Both the position numbers and the translations under genes were made by a program. A DNA stretch of 64,000 nt, from NCBI RefSeq assembly GCF_024298765.1, contig NZ_CP101210.1, one strand, 5' to 3'. Source of the DNA: Escherichia coli. GTDB lineage: Bacteria > Pseudomonadota > Gammaproteobacteria > Enterobacterales > Enterobacteriaceae. Under the pieces are notes generated by a model. The model ran no database searches, had not been told where the DNA came from, and was given only the letters and a program-made list of their open reading frames with translations. Below are positions 29,537-41,383 of the stretch, one piece after another. Each line of letters opens with the position of its first letter. Positions within the stretch are counted from its first letter, which is position 1.

Positions 29537-29797
29537 TTACCAGAAGCGTTCAAATACTCCGGCATCTCGCCACTCCTGAAATCGGCGATGAGCAGAGCTT
29601 GACGAGCATATACCGGTGGCATTCAGCGCATTCCATTGGCAGCCCGTCCTGAGTACGAAGAAAATGGCGTTCATTGCAGCGCGATTATCAACCCGCTTGC
29701 GGTGCGTACCCAGCGGGTGTTGAGTTTTATGCTCCGGGATGAGTGGAGCCATTTTCTCCCAGAGTCCATCACTGATCTGCCACTTGTTGCCCGCCAC
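29537..29797 (-). CDS. IS5-family transposase OrfA (N-terminal DNA-binding part, DUF4096-like)
   Basis: 86-aa ORF ...LRTGCQWNALNA...RRFQEWRDAGVFERFW, typical of the N-terminal domain of IS5-family transposases. Confidence 0.6.
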   Translation of the reverse strand: MAGNKWQISDGLWEKMAPLIPEHKTQHPLGTHRKRVDNRAAMNAIFFVLRTGCQWNALNATGICSSSSAHRRFQEWRDAGVFERFW

Positions 29798-29955
29798 ACT
29801 TCGCCCTCAGAAATTATCATATTGTATTATCTGACAATTCCTTTTGGGATAGGTTCTTAGTAACGAAGACTAGGTGAACATGCTTCAGGAAAACACAATG
29901 CCTTCCGCGTCGGATATCGGTTTCTTTTTTCATAGGCCAAAGTATGATTTGGCCC

Positions 29956-30240
29956 ATGAAACGACTACAGGCATTCAAATTCCGGTTAAGACCAGGTGGT
30001 CAACAGGAGCGTGAAATGAGGCGCTTCGCAGGCGCATGTCGTTTCGTTTTCAATCGTGCTCTGGCGCTTCAGAATGAGAATCATGAGGCCGGTAATAAAT
30101 ACATCCCTTACGGGAAAATGGCTTCCTGGTTGGTTGAGTGGAAAAATGCCACTGAAACGCAATGGCTTAAAGATTCGCCCTCACAGCCATTGCAACAGTC
30201 ACTGAAAGACCCTGAGCGGGCTTACAAAAACTTCTTCCGG
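29956..30240 (+). pseudogene. tnpB: IS605-family TnpB (OrfB), N-terminal fragment only
   Basis: MKRLQAFKFRLRPGGQQEREMRRFAGACRFVFNRALALQNENHEAG... matches TnpB N-termini; divergent from the tnpA N-terminus across a 43-bp gap; homology stops near 30240 where the yedK remnant begins. Confidence 0.7.
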
Positions 30241-30664
30241 CTTCGTCACCACGCTCAAACGGTGTGCTACCTATCGCGGCTATAAAAACAGCTTGTCCAT
30301 CAGCACGATAGATAAAATAAGGCTGCTTTTTGTCGCCTTCTTTTTTCCACTCAAACCAGCCATCGGCAAAACAGATTGCCCGACCATGTTGCCAGAGCGG
30401 TTTAAACATGTGACTGGTTGCGGCAGTTTCTACGCGGGCGTTAATCAGCGGCGGTTTATCCCACCATCCGGGAGCATATCCCCAGAAAACCGGATCCAGA
30501 TGAAGGTGTTCATCACGTTCACTGAGCAGAAGGACTTTGGTTCCCGGCGCGACGTTGTATCTGCCAATAGGTTCGGGATCGTAGGGAATATCGCGTTCAA
30601 TATCTTCCGCGAGAAGCGCAAGGTAATCTTCACGCGTTTGGGATTGGGCAAAGCGTCCACACAT
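30239..30664 (-). pseudogene. yedK: SOS-response-associated peptidase YedK, 3'-truncated
   Basis: N-terminal about 142 aa (MCGRFAQSQTREDYLALL...STPFERGDEA) match YedK, then the reading frame runs into unrelated sequence overlapping the tnpB fragment; full-length YedK is about 222 aa as I recall. Confidence 0.7.
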
Positions 30665-30772
30665 AGAAACCTCCTGAGGTCACACTGAAAAGAATAGGAG
30701 AGGGGGCGGGTTAAATCTATGTGATAGAGAGGCAACGATATTCCCGCTGTGGGCCACAGCGGGAATGAGGGA

Positions 30773-31006
30773 TTACTTCTGAATTAAATAACGAATGGTC
30801 GGCCCGTCTTGCTGAATATCCAGCACCGTATAGCCGTGATTACGCGCATCCAGTGGAATATTATTGATCGACTGCGGACAGTCGCTCACCACTTCCAGGA
30901 TCTCCCCTTTTTTTAACTGCGGCATCGCCTCAAGGGTTGCGACTGCCGGATAAGGGCAGGGTTCACCCACCATATCAAGACGGTAATCAGGAACGATATT
31001 TTTCAT
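30773..31006 (-). CDS. yedF: TusA-like sulfurtransferase YedF
   Basis: 77-aa ORF with CPxP motif (GEPCPYP); overlaps the yedE stop. Confidence 0.85.
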   Translation of the reverse strand: MKNIVPDYRLDMVGEPCPYPAVATLEAMPQLKKGEILEVVSDCPQSINNIPLDARNHGYTVLDIQQDGPTIRYLIQK

Positions 31007-32208
31007 GCGATCTCCTTAGCAGTCTGCGGTGCCGCACGGCGGAAGAAGCGTTTTTCCCAGCCAATAATCAACATTAGAGCAGCAAACAACAGCAAATATG
31101 TCACCAGCAGGCCGCCCATCGGGCCAAAGGTTTTCAGCAGGTTGATTTTGTCCCAGTCGGTGGCCAGCGCCGGAGCGAAATCATCCCAGTAGTACGCCAG
31201 AATCGTTGAGCCGATCACGTTGCCCAGACCGACCCACCAGTAGTGCACCTGGCCTTCTACCGCGCGGTACATCCAGCCGGTTTCGCAGCCGCCTGCCAGC
31301 ACGATGCCAAAACCAAACAGTAAACCACCAATTACCGCGTTTGGTCCCGCCCACATGATTTTGGGTTCAACGCCTAACTGTACGTAACTGAAGATCCCGA
31401 TGGCACTTACCGCCATACCGATAATGATTGCTTTCGCCATATGGGTACGTCCGGTGATCCACATATCGCGGAACGCCGAAGTAAAGCAGATTTGCGCACG
31501 TTCAATCAGTAAACCAAAGCCGACGCCAAACAGCATTGCCAGCCCCAGTTTGGGCTGGTTCATCGCCGTCAGCAGCGCCCAGCCCAGCAGGCCGAAAAAG
31601 ACCAGCATCCCGAGACGAAAACGACGCCGCGCCTGATCCGGTTTTTGCGTCAACGGTGAGGCAGCAGAAACTTTCTGCATTTTCACGGGAATACGGAAGA
31701 TGGGCAGAAGGGTAAAGCGCGCGCCAAACCATGAACCAATGGCAGTGGCGATGGCAAAGAACCAGGCGTGCAGCGAGAACTGTGGAATTCCGGTAAAGAA
31801 CGCCGCCAGGTTACAGCCCATTGCCAGACGTGCGCCAAAACCGGCGATAATACCGCCAATGATGGCCTGCATAATGCGGATACGGCTGCGCGGCATGCGC
31901 AGTTTGACATTGTTGGCCCACAGCGCTGCGGCAAAACAGCCGCCAAACATACCGAGGATCATCATTCCGTCGATGCGGGTTAATGGCGATCCTTCCAGAT
32001 GGATAATTTTAAAATAACCCCACTCTTCAGCATGGACGCCGAACAACTGCAGGAGCTGACCGCCCCAACGGGTAAATTCACCTGTGACAGCCCAAAAGGT
32101 GCCAGTGATGCCAAAATAGTAAGTGGAGAGAATACCCGCCGCGATGACCGCGGGGATGGGCGCCCAGAATTTAATCAACCAGGCGTGTTTGAATTGCTGC
32201 CATGACAT
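31003..32208 (-). CDS. yedE: YedE/YeeE-family inner membrane protein
   Basis: 401-aa polytopic membrane ORF upstream of yedF. Confidence 0.85.
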   Translation of the reverse strand: MSWQQFKHAWLIKFWAPIPAVIAAGILSTYYFGITGTFWAVTGEFTRWGGQLLQLFGVHAEEWGYFKIIHLEGSPLTRIDGMMILGMFGGCFAAALWANNVKLRMPRSRIRIMQAIIGGIIAGFGARLAMGCNLAAFFTGIPQFSLHAWFFAIATAIGSWFGARFTLLPIFRIPVKMQKVSAASPLTQKPDQARRRFRLGMLVFFGLLGWALLTAMNQPKLGLAMLFGVGFGLLIERAQICFTSAFRDMWITGRTHMAKAIIIGMAVSAIGIFSYVQLGVEPKIMWAGPNAVIGGLLFGFGIVLAGGCETGWMYRAVEGQVHYWWVGLGNVIGSTILAYYWDDFAPALATDWDKINLLKTFGPMGGLLVTYLLLFAALMLIIGWEKRFFRRAAPQTAKEIA

Positions 32209-32391
32209 GAATGTAGCCTCTGAACTCAGAAGGTTTGAAACAAGAGTCGCGAATCATACACCATGCAAATTTATTTTCGGGGTAATAATTCACAAAAATA
32301 ATGGTTAGATCAAATTTCTCTCTGAACCTGGAAAGGCTGGCGACATCAGGGCTTTAATGCCACAATCCTCTTTTCTTCTCATGCAGGACGA

Positions 32392-32808
32392 ATGATGAAA
32401 AAACTCGCAATTGCAGGTGCGCTCATGTTGCTGGCGGGCTGTGCCGAAGTCGAAAACTATAACAATGTCGTGAAAACCCCCGCGCCGGACTGGCTGGCGG
32501 GCTACTGGCAGACCAAAGGGCCGCAACGTGCGCTGGTCAGTCCGGAAGCGATAGGCAGCCTGATTGTCACTAAAGAGGGCGATACCCTCGATTGCCGTCA
32601 GTGGCAGCGGGTGATTGCCGTGCCGGGTAAATTGACATTGATGTCTGATGATCTCACTAACGTTACCGTAAAACGTGAGCTGTACGAGGTTGAGCGTGAC
32701 GGTAACACCATTGAGTACGATGGTATGACGATGGAGCGTGTGGATCGCCCGACGGCAGAGTGTGCCGCCGCGCTGGATAAAGCGCCGTTACCGACGCCAC
32801 TGCCGTAA
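32392..32808 (+). CDS. yedD: lipoprotein YedD
   Basis: 138-aa ORF with lipobox (LLAGC). Confidence 0.8.
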   Translation: MMKKLAIAGALMLLAGCAEVENYNNVVKTPAPDWLAGYWQTKGPQRALVSPEAIGSLIVTKEGDTLDCRQWQRVIAVPGKLTLMSDDLTNVTVKRELYEVERDGNTIEYDGMTMERVDRPTAECAAALDKAPLPTPLP

Positions 32809-32841
32809 TGAAATCTCCCCGGCTTGCCGCCGGGGATGAAT

Positions 32842-34329
32842 TTAAATCACCTCTTCGATAACCCACACGCTGACGCTGCCGCCGTTGCAAAAGAAGGTCG
32901 CTTCGCCGTTTTCTTCGGTCACTACGCTCTCTTGCCGGTTCCCCAGAAAATCACGCCAGGTTTTATTGCCGTAATTCTCTCCCAGATGAATGGTTTTTTC
33001 GCCATCATCCCCGTTCGACATGACCACCACGCAGCCGGGATATTCGTCGGTGCCACTGCGGCTAAAGGCAATGCAGTTCGGATGGTCGAAAAATAACGTC
33101 TGTACACCGTGGGCGAAACGCTGACGGGCGAGAATTAACTCATCAAGCTGTTCGATTATTGGCATATCTATCGGATAGGTTTGCCCGTCACCACCGACAT
33201 CTTCGTAATGTGCACCGTAGAGGTCCGGATAGAACACCGAAGGAACGCCATTTTCCCGCAACAAAATTAAGGCATACGCCAGCGGTTTAAACCACGGTTC
33301 GACCGGTGCTTCGAGGGCTTGCAACGGTTGGGTGTCGTGGTTGGCAACGAGGGTTACGGCGTGAAAAGGATCGGCTTCCACCAGCGTCCCAGTGAAGATC
33401 TGCGTCATGTCGTAGTCGCGACCCATGCGCGATGCTTCATGGAATTTCATCTGCAGCGGCGCATCAAACAGCATGGTTTTGCCTTCCACCTGATCAATAT
33501 ACGTTTGCAGTTTATCGACTTCATGCGACCAGTATTCAGCCACAATAAACAGCGGCTTTGGCGCAACTTCCTGTACGTGTTCGATCCACTCTTTATAAAA
33601 CCATGCCGGAATATGTTTGACCGCATCAAGACGAAAGCCGTCGCATTGCGTTTGTTCCATCACCCAGCGCGCCCAGTATTTAATCTCTTCCGTCACGGCA
33701 TGATTGCGAAAATCGATATTCTCACCCATCAGATAATCGAAATTACCGAGTTCATCATCAACCTGATCGTTCCAGCCTTCTCCGGTATAGTCGTTAACAA
33801 TTTTAAAAATGCCATCTTCATCAGGGTTTTCGATATGGTCGATACCGCTAAAACATTTGAAATCCCAGATAAACTGCGAGTATTGCCCGGCACGCGCGGG
33901 GAAGGTGTAACGCGTCCAGCCTTCGCACTCAATGATTTCTTCGTCAATTTGCGTACGGTCATCAGCATTTACACGTTGCACGCGAATAGCTTCTTTTTCA
34001 TCCGCGCCCATTTTGTGGTTGACTACCACGTCCAGCAGCACCGCAATGTCATTACGTTTCAGGGCGTCAATGGCGGCCAGCAGTTGTGCTTTATCGCCAT
34101 ATTTAGTAGGGATGCTGCCTTTCTGATCAAACTCGCCTAAATCAAATAAATCATAGGAGTCGTAGCCGACCGAGTACCCGCCCGATGCGCCTTTATAGGC
34201 GGGCGGCAACCAGACCATATTGATACCAATATCATTAAAACCGTCGGCGCGCTCGGCCAGTTCAGGCCAGAGCTTACCGCCTTCCGGGTAATACCAGTGA
34301 AAACATTGTAACAGCGTGGGATTACGCAT
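32842..34329 (-). CDS. amyA: cytoplasmic alpha-amylase AmyA
   Basis: 495-aa GH13 ORF ([21 protein letters not shown]...). Confidence 0.9.
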   Translation of the reverse strand: MRNPTLLQCFHWYYPEGGKLWPELAERADGFNDIGINMVWLPPAYKGASGGYSVGYDSYDLFDLGEFDQKGSIPTKYGDKAQLLAAIDALKRNDIAVLLDVVVNHKMGADEKEAIRVQRVNADDRTQIDEEIIECEGWTRYTFPARAGQYSQFIWDFKCFSGIDHIENPDEDGIFKIVNDYTGEGWNDQVDDELGNFDYLMGENIDFRNHAVTEEIKYWARWVMEQTQCDGFRLDAVKHIPAWFYKEWIEHVQEVAPKPLFIVAEYWSHEVDKLQTYIDQVEGKTMLFDAPLQMKFHEASRMGRDYDMTQIFTGTLVEADPFHAVTLVANHDTQPLQALEAPVEPWFKPLAYALILLRENGVPSVFYPDLYGAHYEDVGGDGQTYPIDMPIIEQLDELILARQRFAHGVQTLFFDHPNCIAFSRSGTDEYPGCVVVMSNGDDGEKTIHLGENYGNKTWRDFLGNRQESVVTEENGEATFFCNGGSVSVWVIEEVI

Positions 34330-34406
34330 TCTTCGACTCCATTCAAGGGGAACATTAGAAGCGTAGCCGTAATCAGATTATTCGCGAGCCATTGGCTCTT
34401 TAAGAT

Positions 34407-34772
34407 TCAAAAGAGGTTATCCTGCGGAGCCAGCACAAAGCCACCCTGATCGCCATAGGCACTTAACACCGATTTTTGCACCGATGACTGACCGACCAGT
34501 TTCGCCAGTTCATCCATCCGAATCTGTAATAACTGCTTTACCTTGCTTTCGTTGTCGAGAATCAGGCGCAGCATCGGGCGGAGCTGCTCCTGCATCGTGG
34601 TGGACGGGGCAACCTCTTCAGTCAGGTGTGCGATCTCCTGCACCGCATTCACATACGCCATTTCGCTGGCGATGAGTTCGTCCCATTGTTCTTCTGTCGC
34701 CAGGCGTAACATGAGCTGACTTTTTTCGACGAGTTGTTGCCAGGCGAAATACAAATGCGGTGCATTGTTCAT
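34407..34772 (-). CDS. fliT: flagellar chaperone / FlhDC anti-activator FliT
   Basis: 121-aa ORF ending the fliDST operon. Confidence 0.85.
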
Positions 34773-35182
34773 CAGTCTGGGTCCTGAATCAAAGAAGGGG
34801 AGAGTAAAGACTCTTTCCAGGCATCGGCAATATTGCGCATTAATGCTTCCACTTCTTCGACTGCGGAGACATCGTTGCGTAAATTGGCTTGCAGCAAGCG
34901 CCTGACCATATAGCTATAAAGAGCAATCAAGTTTTGGGTTAGTTCGTCTTTGCTCTCTTCATCAAGACTCACCCGCAGCCCGTTCTCAATGATGTTGATC
35001 GCTTTTGACAAAGAGACGCCTTTGCCTTGCTGATTGTTGTCCTGCATAAACAGGCGCGCTCTAACCAGTGCGCTCAGCACTCCATCAAATAGCATGGTGA
35101 CCAGCTGTTGCTGGCTGGCGCTCATTACGGCGCTTTCGACGCCAATTTGTGCATAGGCCTGGGTGCCTTTTGCCGCGTACAT
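34772..35182 (-). CDS. fliS: flagellin-specific chaperone FliS
   Basis: 136-aa ORF between fliD and fliT. Confidence 0.9.
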
Positions 35183-35197
35183 AGTCTCTCCTGAAGA

Positions 35198-36613
35198 TTA
35201 TTTCGAGTTGCTATTTGAGGTGTCGAACTGCTGTGTCAGATAGCTACTAGTGGAGTTCAGCGAGTTCATTAACACATCTAATTGGGTGAACTGGGCTTTA
35301 TAGCGCGTCATTAAGGTATCGATACGTTCACTGGCTGCGTTGTACTGGTCGGTCAAATTATTCAGCGTTTTGCTGACGCCATCTTTTGCTGCCTGGATTA
35401 TCCCGGTGGAAGAGAGCCAACTGGTCAGGTTGTTACTAATGCCGGTGGTTACCCCAGTACTTTTGCCGTCACCTATAAACATTTCACCGATACCAGCGGC
35501 ATCATTTTTTAGCGCCGTTTGCAGTTTGTCGGTCGCGATTTCCAGCTTGCCGGTACTGGCATCGCTGGTAATGCCAATCTGTGCCAGCGTTTTATAGTTT
35601 GAACTGCTGTGAGTATTGGCGAGCAAGGTTTTAAGCTGAGTCTGGATGGTACGCAGTGTGGAGTCACCGAGTAATGCGCCATTACTGGAGTCCTGACTTT
35701 CAGCTCCGGCATCGACAGCGGTGTATTTGGTTAAGCTGCTGAATGTATCCTGCAATGTGTTATAGGCATCCACCCACGCTTTAACCGCATTTTCAGCTTT
35801 GGATGTGTCTTTACTGATGGTCAGTGTCTGATTACCGGTGGTGACGTCATTCAGGTTGAGGGTGATATCTTCCAGTGAGTCGCTGATAGTGTTACTGCTG
35901 TTTTCAATCTCAACGTTATTGACTGTCAGTTTGGCGTTTTGCGCGGTGACGCTTTCAATCATGCCATTGCTGCTATCACCCGGCGTTCCGTTGTAACCCA
36001 TAAAACTTTCCAGGGCGCTGTCGCCGCTGACGCTAAGTTTCATAGCGTTATTGCTGCCCGTATCGTTAGCGGTGATGGACAGACGATATTCGCCGTTTCC
36101 CACATTGATGATACTGGCGCTGACACCAGCTTTGGCGTTGTTAATGGCATCGCGAATGCCGGAAAGTGACGAGTTACCCGCGCTGATATCAATCGTGACC
36201 GGATCTTTACCGCCGCCTTGTTGGATGGTCAGTACGCTATCGCTGGTGGCGATGGCGGCTTTACTGTCTTTTTGACTATTTTTTGTTGTCAGCGTCTGTG
36301 CCTGCGCCAGTTGGCTAACGCTAATGGTGTATTTCCCAGCAATCGCGCTGCCCGTGGTGGTGGCGCTGAAAGCCGATGAACTGCTGGTGGTTGAGGTGGC
36401 GGTAAATAAATCGGCTTTATTCAGTGCTGTGTTGGCTGTCTGGAAACTCTCTAGTGCACTTTTCAGCGTCCCGTAGGCGCTCAGTTTCGCGGTGTAAGAG
36501 CTTTGCTGTTTTGATATCGGCGTCAGGGTAGATTTTTCTGCCGCCTCCAGACTGTCAAGGATGCTGCTTAAGTCCAGCCCCGACCCAACCCCAAGCGTTG
36601 AAATACTAGCCAT
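35198..36613 (-). CDS. fliD: flagellar filament cap protein FliD
   Basis: 471-aa ORF with conserved N- and C-terminal coiled-coil regions. Confidence 0.9.
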   Translation of the reverse strand: MASISTLGVGSGLDLSSILDSLEAAEKSTLTPISKQQSSYTAKLSAYGTLKSALESFQTANTALNKADLFTATSTTSSSSAFSATTTGSAIAGKYTISVSQLAQAQTLTTKNSQKDSKAAIATSDSVLTIQQGGGKDPVTIDISAGNSSLSGIRDAINNAKAGVSASIINVGNGEYRLSITANDTGSNNAMKLSVSGDSALESFMGYNGTPGDSSNGMIESVTAQNAKLTVNNVEIENSSNTISDSLEDITLNLNDVTTGNQTLTISKDTSKAENAVKAWVDAYNTLQDTFSSLTKYTAVDAGAESQDSSNGALLGDSTLRTIQTQLKTLLANTHSSSNYKTLAQIGITSDASTGKLEIATDKLQTALKNDAAGIGEMFIGDGKSTGVTTGISNNLTSWLSSTGIIQAAKDGVSKTLNNLTDQYNAASERIDTLMTRYKAQFTQLDVLMNSLNSTSSYLTQQFDTSNSNSK

Positions 36614-36657
36614 ATAGTTTCCTTAATCATGCGACGTGTATAGAACGAATACCGGGG

Positions 36658-36684
36658 TTATCGGCGTAAGCGGGGTAAAGTTTA
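36658..36684 (-). promoter_or_regulatory. sigma-28 (FliA) class 3 promoter of fliD
   Basis: Minus strand reads TAAA-N15-GCCGATAA, an exact consensus match, about 45 bp upstream of the fliD start. Confidence 0.7.
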
Positions 36685-36757
36685 CGATTTATTTTTTGCC
36701 TTAATGGCACGAACAGCAACGAGGAAGGGGAGTATTTCGACCGCTAGAAAAAAATTC

Positions 36758-36784
36758 TAAAGGTTGTGAGTGACCAGACGATAA
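36758..36784 (+). promoter_or_regulatory. sigma-28 (FliA) class 3 promoter of fliC
   Basis: taaa-N15-gacgataa upstream of fliC, close to the TAAA-N15-GCCGATAA consensus. Confidence 0.65.
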
Positions 36785-36860
36785 CAGGGTTGACGGCGAC
36801 GAAGCCGAAGGGTGGAAGCCCAATACTTAAACCGTAGACTTGAAAACAGGAAAATGAATT

Positions 36861-37910
36861 ATGGCACAAGTCATTAATACCAACAGCCTCTCGCTGATCA
36901 CTCAGAACAACATCAACAAAAACCAGTCTGCGCTGTCGACTTCTATCGAGCGCCTCTCTTCTGGTCTGCGTATTAACAGCGCTAAAGATGACGCCGCGGG
37001 CCAGGCGATTGCTAACCGCTTTACTTCTAACATCAAAGGTCTGACTCAGGCCGCACGTAACGCCAACGACGGTATTTCTCTGGCGCAGACGGCTGAAGGC
37101 GCGCTGTCAGAGATTAACAACAACTTGCAGCGTATTCGTGAACTGACCGTTCAGGCCTCTACCGGCACGAACTCTGATTCCGACCTGTCTTCTATTCAGG
37201 ACGAAATCAAATCCCGTCTTGATGAAATTGACCGTGTATCTGGTCAGACCCAGTTCAACGGTGTGAACGTGCTGTCGAAAAACGATTCGATGAAGATTCA
37301 GATTGGTGCCAATGATAACCAGACGATCAGCATTGGCTTGCAACAAATCGACAGTACCACTTTGAATCTGAAAGGATTTACCGTGTCCGGCATGGCGGAT
37401 TTCAGCGCGGCGAAACTGACGGCTGCTGATGGTACAGCAATTGCTGCTGCGGATGTCAAGGATGCTGGGGGTAAACAAGTCAATTTACTGTCTTACACTG
37501 ACACCGCGTCTAACAGTACTAAATATGCGGTCGTTGATTCTGCAACCGGTAAATACATGGAAGCCACTGTAGTCATTACCGGTACGGCGGCGGCGGTAAC
37601 TGTTGGTGCAGCGGAAGTGGCGGGAGCCGCTACAGCCGATCCGTTAAAAGCACTGGATGCCGCAATCGCTAAAGTCGACAAATTCCGCTCCTCCCTCGGT
37701 GCCGTTCAAAACCGTCTGGATTCTGCGGTCACCAACCTGAACAACACCACCACCAACCTGTCTGAAGCGCAGTCCCGTATTCAGGACGCCGACTATGCGA
37801 CCGAAGTGTCCAACATGTCGAAAGCGCAGATTATCCAGCAGGCGGGCAACTCCGTGCTGTCTAAAGCCAACCAGGTACCGCAGCAAGTTCTGTCTCTGTT
37901 ACAAGGCTAA
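36861..37910 (+). CDS. fliC: flagellin FliC, short central variable domain (349 aa)
   Basis: Conserved flagellin N-terminus (MAQVINTNSLSLITQNNINKNQSALS) and C-terminus (QVPQQVLSLLQG). Confidence 0.9.
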   Translation: MAQVINTNSLSLITQNNINKNQSALSTSIERLSSGLRINSAKDDAAGQAIANRFTSNIKGLTQAARNANDGISLAQTAEGALSEINNNLQRIRELTVQASTGTNSDSDLSSIQDEIKSRLDEIDRVSGQTQFNGVNVLSKNDSMKIQIGANDNQTISIGLQQIDSTTLNLKGFTVSGMADFSAAKLTAADGTAIAAADVKDAGGKQVNLLSYTDTASNSTKYAVVDSATGKYMEATVVITGTAAAVTVGAAEVAGAATADPLKALDAAIAKVDKFRSSLGAVQNRLDSAVTNLNNTTTNLSEAQSRIQDADYATEVSNMSKAQIIQQAGNSVLSKANQVPQQVLSLLQG

Positions 37911-37928
37911 TGGCCTTAACCTGCCTGA

Positions 37929-37952
37929 CCCCGCTACCGGCGGGGTTTTTTC
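37929..37952 (+). terminator. rho-independent terminator of fliC
   Basis: ccccgctaccggcgggg hairpin followed by tttttt. Confidence 0.7.
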
Positions 37953-38073
37953 TGCCCGCAATTTACCGGTAACCCCCAAATAACCCCTCATTTCACCCAC
38001 TAATCGTCCGATTAAAAACCCTGCAGAAACGGATAATCATGCCGATAACTCATATAACGCAGGGCTGTTTATC

Positions 38074-38793
38074 GTGAATTCACTCTATACCGCTGAAGGT
38101 GTAATGGATAAACACTCGCTGTGGCAGCGTTATGTCCCGCTGGTGCGTCACGAAGCATTGCGCCTGCAGGTTCGACTGCCCGCGAGCGTGGAACTTGACG
38201 ATCTGCTACAGGCGGGCGGCATTGGGTTACTTAATGCCGTCGAACGCTATGACGCCCTACAAGGAACGGCATTTACAACTTACGCAGTGCAGCGTATCCG
38301 TGGCGCTATGCTGGATGAACTTCGCAGCCGTGACTGGGTGCCGCGCAGCGTGCGACGCAACGCGCGTGAAGTGGCACAGGCAATAGGGCAACTGGAGCAG
38401 GAACTTGGCCGCAACGCCACGGAAACTGAGGTAGCGGAACGTTTAGGGATCGATATTGCCGATTATCGCCAAATGTTGCTCGACACCAATAACAGCCAGC
38501 TCTTCTCCTACGATGAGTGGCGCGAAGAGCACGGCGATAGCATCGAACTGGTTACTGATGATCATCAGCGAGAAAACCCGCTACAACAACTGCTGGACAG
38601 TAATCTGCGTCAGCGGGTGATGGAAGCCATCGAAACGTTGCCGGAGCGCGAAAAACTGGTATTAACCCTCTATTACCAGGAAGAGCTGAATCTCAAAGAG
38701 ATTGGCGCGGTGCTGGAGGTCGGGGAATCGCGGGTCAGTCAGTTACACAGCCAGGCTATTAAACGGTTACGCACTAAACTGGGTAAGTTATAA
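38074..38793 (+). CDS. fliA: flagellar sigma factor sigma-28 FliA
   Basis: 239-aa ORF from GTG 38074; sigma-70 family regions 2-4; GCCGATAA element at 38041..38048 upstream. Confidence 0.9.
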   Translation: MNSLYTAEGVMDKHSLWQRYVPLVRHEALRLQVRLPASVELDDLLQAGGIGLLNAVERYDALQGTAFTTYAVQRIRGAMLDELRSRDWVPRSVRRNAREVAQAIGQLEQELGRNATETEVAERLGIDIADYRQMLLDTNNSQLFSYDEWREEHGDSIELVTDDHQRENPLQQLLDSNLRQRVMEAIETLPEREKLVLTLYYQEELNLKEIGAVLEVGESRVSQLHSQAIKRLRTKLGKL

Positions 38794-38838
38794 CGTCAGT
38801 AAATGCCGCACTTTAACTTTGACTACCAGGAGTTCTTA

Positions 38839-39390
38839 ATGATGGTGCAGCACCTGAAAAGACGGCCATTAAGCCGCTATCTTAAAGACTTTAAACACAG
38901 CCAGACTCATTGCGCGCATTGCCGTAAATTACTCGATCGCATTACCCTCGTTCGCGACGGCAAAATAGTGAATAAAATCGAGATTTCCCGCCTGGACGCG
39001 CTGCTTGATGAAAATGGCTGGCAAACGGAACAAAAATCATGGGCGGCATTGTGCCGATTTTGCGGTGATTTACATTGCAAAACGCAGAGTGATTTTTTCG
39101 ATATTATCGGCTTTAAGCAATTTCTTTTTGAGCAAACTGAAATGAGCCCAGGTACGGTGCGTGAATATGTCGTTCGTTTGCGCCGTTTGGGGAATCATCT
39201 ACACGAGCAAAATATTTCCCTCGATCCGCTGCAGGACGGTTTCCTTGATGAAATCCTCGCCCCGTGGCTGCCCACCACCAGCACCAACAATTACCGCATC
39301 GCATTACGGAAGTATCAACACTATCAGCGTCAAACGTGTACCGGACTTGTGCAGAAATCCTCCAGCCTGCCTGCTTCTGATATATATTAA
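38839..39390 (+). CDS. fliZ: regulator FliZ
   Basis: ORF 38803..39390; MMVQHLKRRPLSRYLKDF from internal ATG 38839 (183 aa). Confidence 0.85.
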   Translation: MMVQHLKRRPLSRYLKDFKHSQTHCAHCRKLLDRITLVRDGKIVNKIEISRLDALLDENGWQTEQKSWAALCRFCGDLHCKTQSDFFDIIGFKQFLFEQTEMSPGTVREYVVRLRRLGNHLHEQNISLDPLQDGFLDEILAPWLPTTSTNNYRIALRKYQHYQRQTCTGLVQKSSSLPASDIY

Positions 39391-39477
39391 ATAAGAATAA
39401 GATGTAGCGGAGTTGTTTTTGTGTTTACAAACAATGGCTCTACACTGCAAACAGACATAACAACATTCGGGGTAAAT

Positions 39478-41369
<1,892 letters not shown>

Positions 41370-41383
41370 CTCCGGGAACGCTC

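Larger units (their letters stand above)
28987..29857 (-). mobile_element. IS5-family insertion sequence (two-ORF IS427-like organisation), about 0.87 kb, nested in tnpA
   Basis: Imperfect terminal inverted repeats (agagcctatcccaataggg at the left end; reverse complement of cttttgggataggttct at the right end); flanking TAG/TTAG direct repeat; contains orfA and orfB below. Confidence 0.7.
28704..29912 (-). pseudogene. tnpA: IS200/IS605-family HUH (Y1) transposase tnpA, split by a nested IS and truncated at its 3' end
   Basis: N-terminal piece MKKETDIRRGRHCVFLKHVHLVFVTK on the minus strand at 29858..29912; C-terminal piece (K)YRRQIFDHD...DGGPDHVHLLINYPPK...LKGVSSRLLRR...LWSPGYFVSS at about 28704..28986; the two join in frame once 28987..29857 is removed. 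Confidence 0.7.
26200..30240. mobile_element. accessory island at the fliE-yedK locus: DLP12-like cargo genes plus decayed insertion sequences
   Basis: AT-rich block between fliE and a truncated yedK carrying emrE, ybcL, ybcM (neighbours in K-12 prophage DLP12, as I recall), a split IS605-family tnpA, a nested IS5-family IS and a truncated tnpB; K-12 has yedL/yedN/yedM/intG remnants here. Confidence 0.65.

Noticed and set aside
33319..34140. 273-aa plus-strand ORF inside amyA
   Set aside because: Antisense to the well-supported amylase gene; no recognisable domain.
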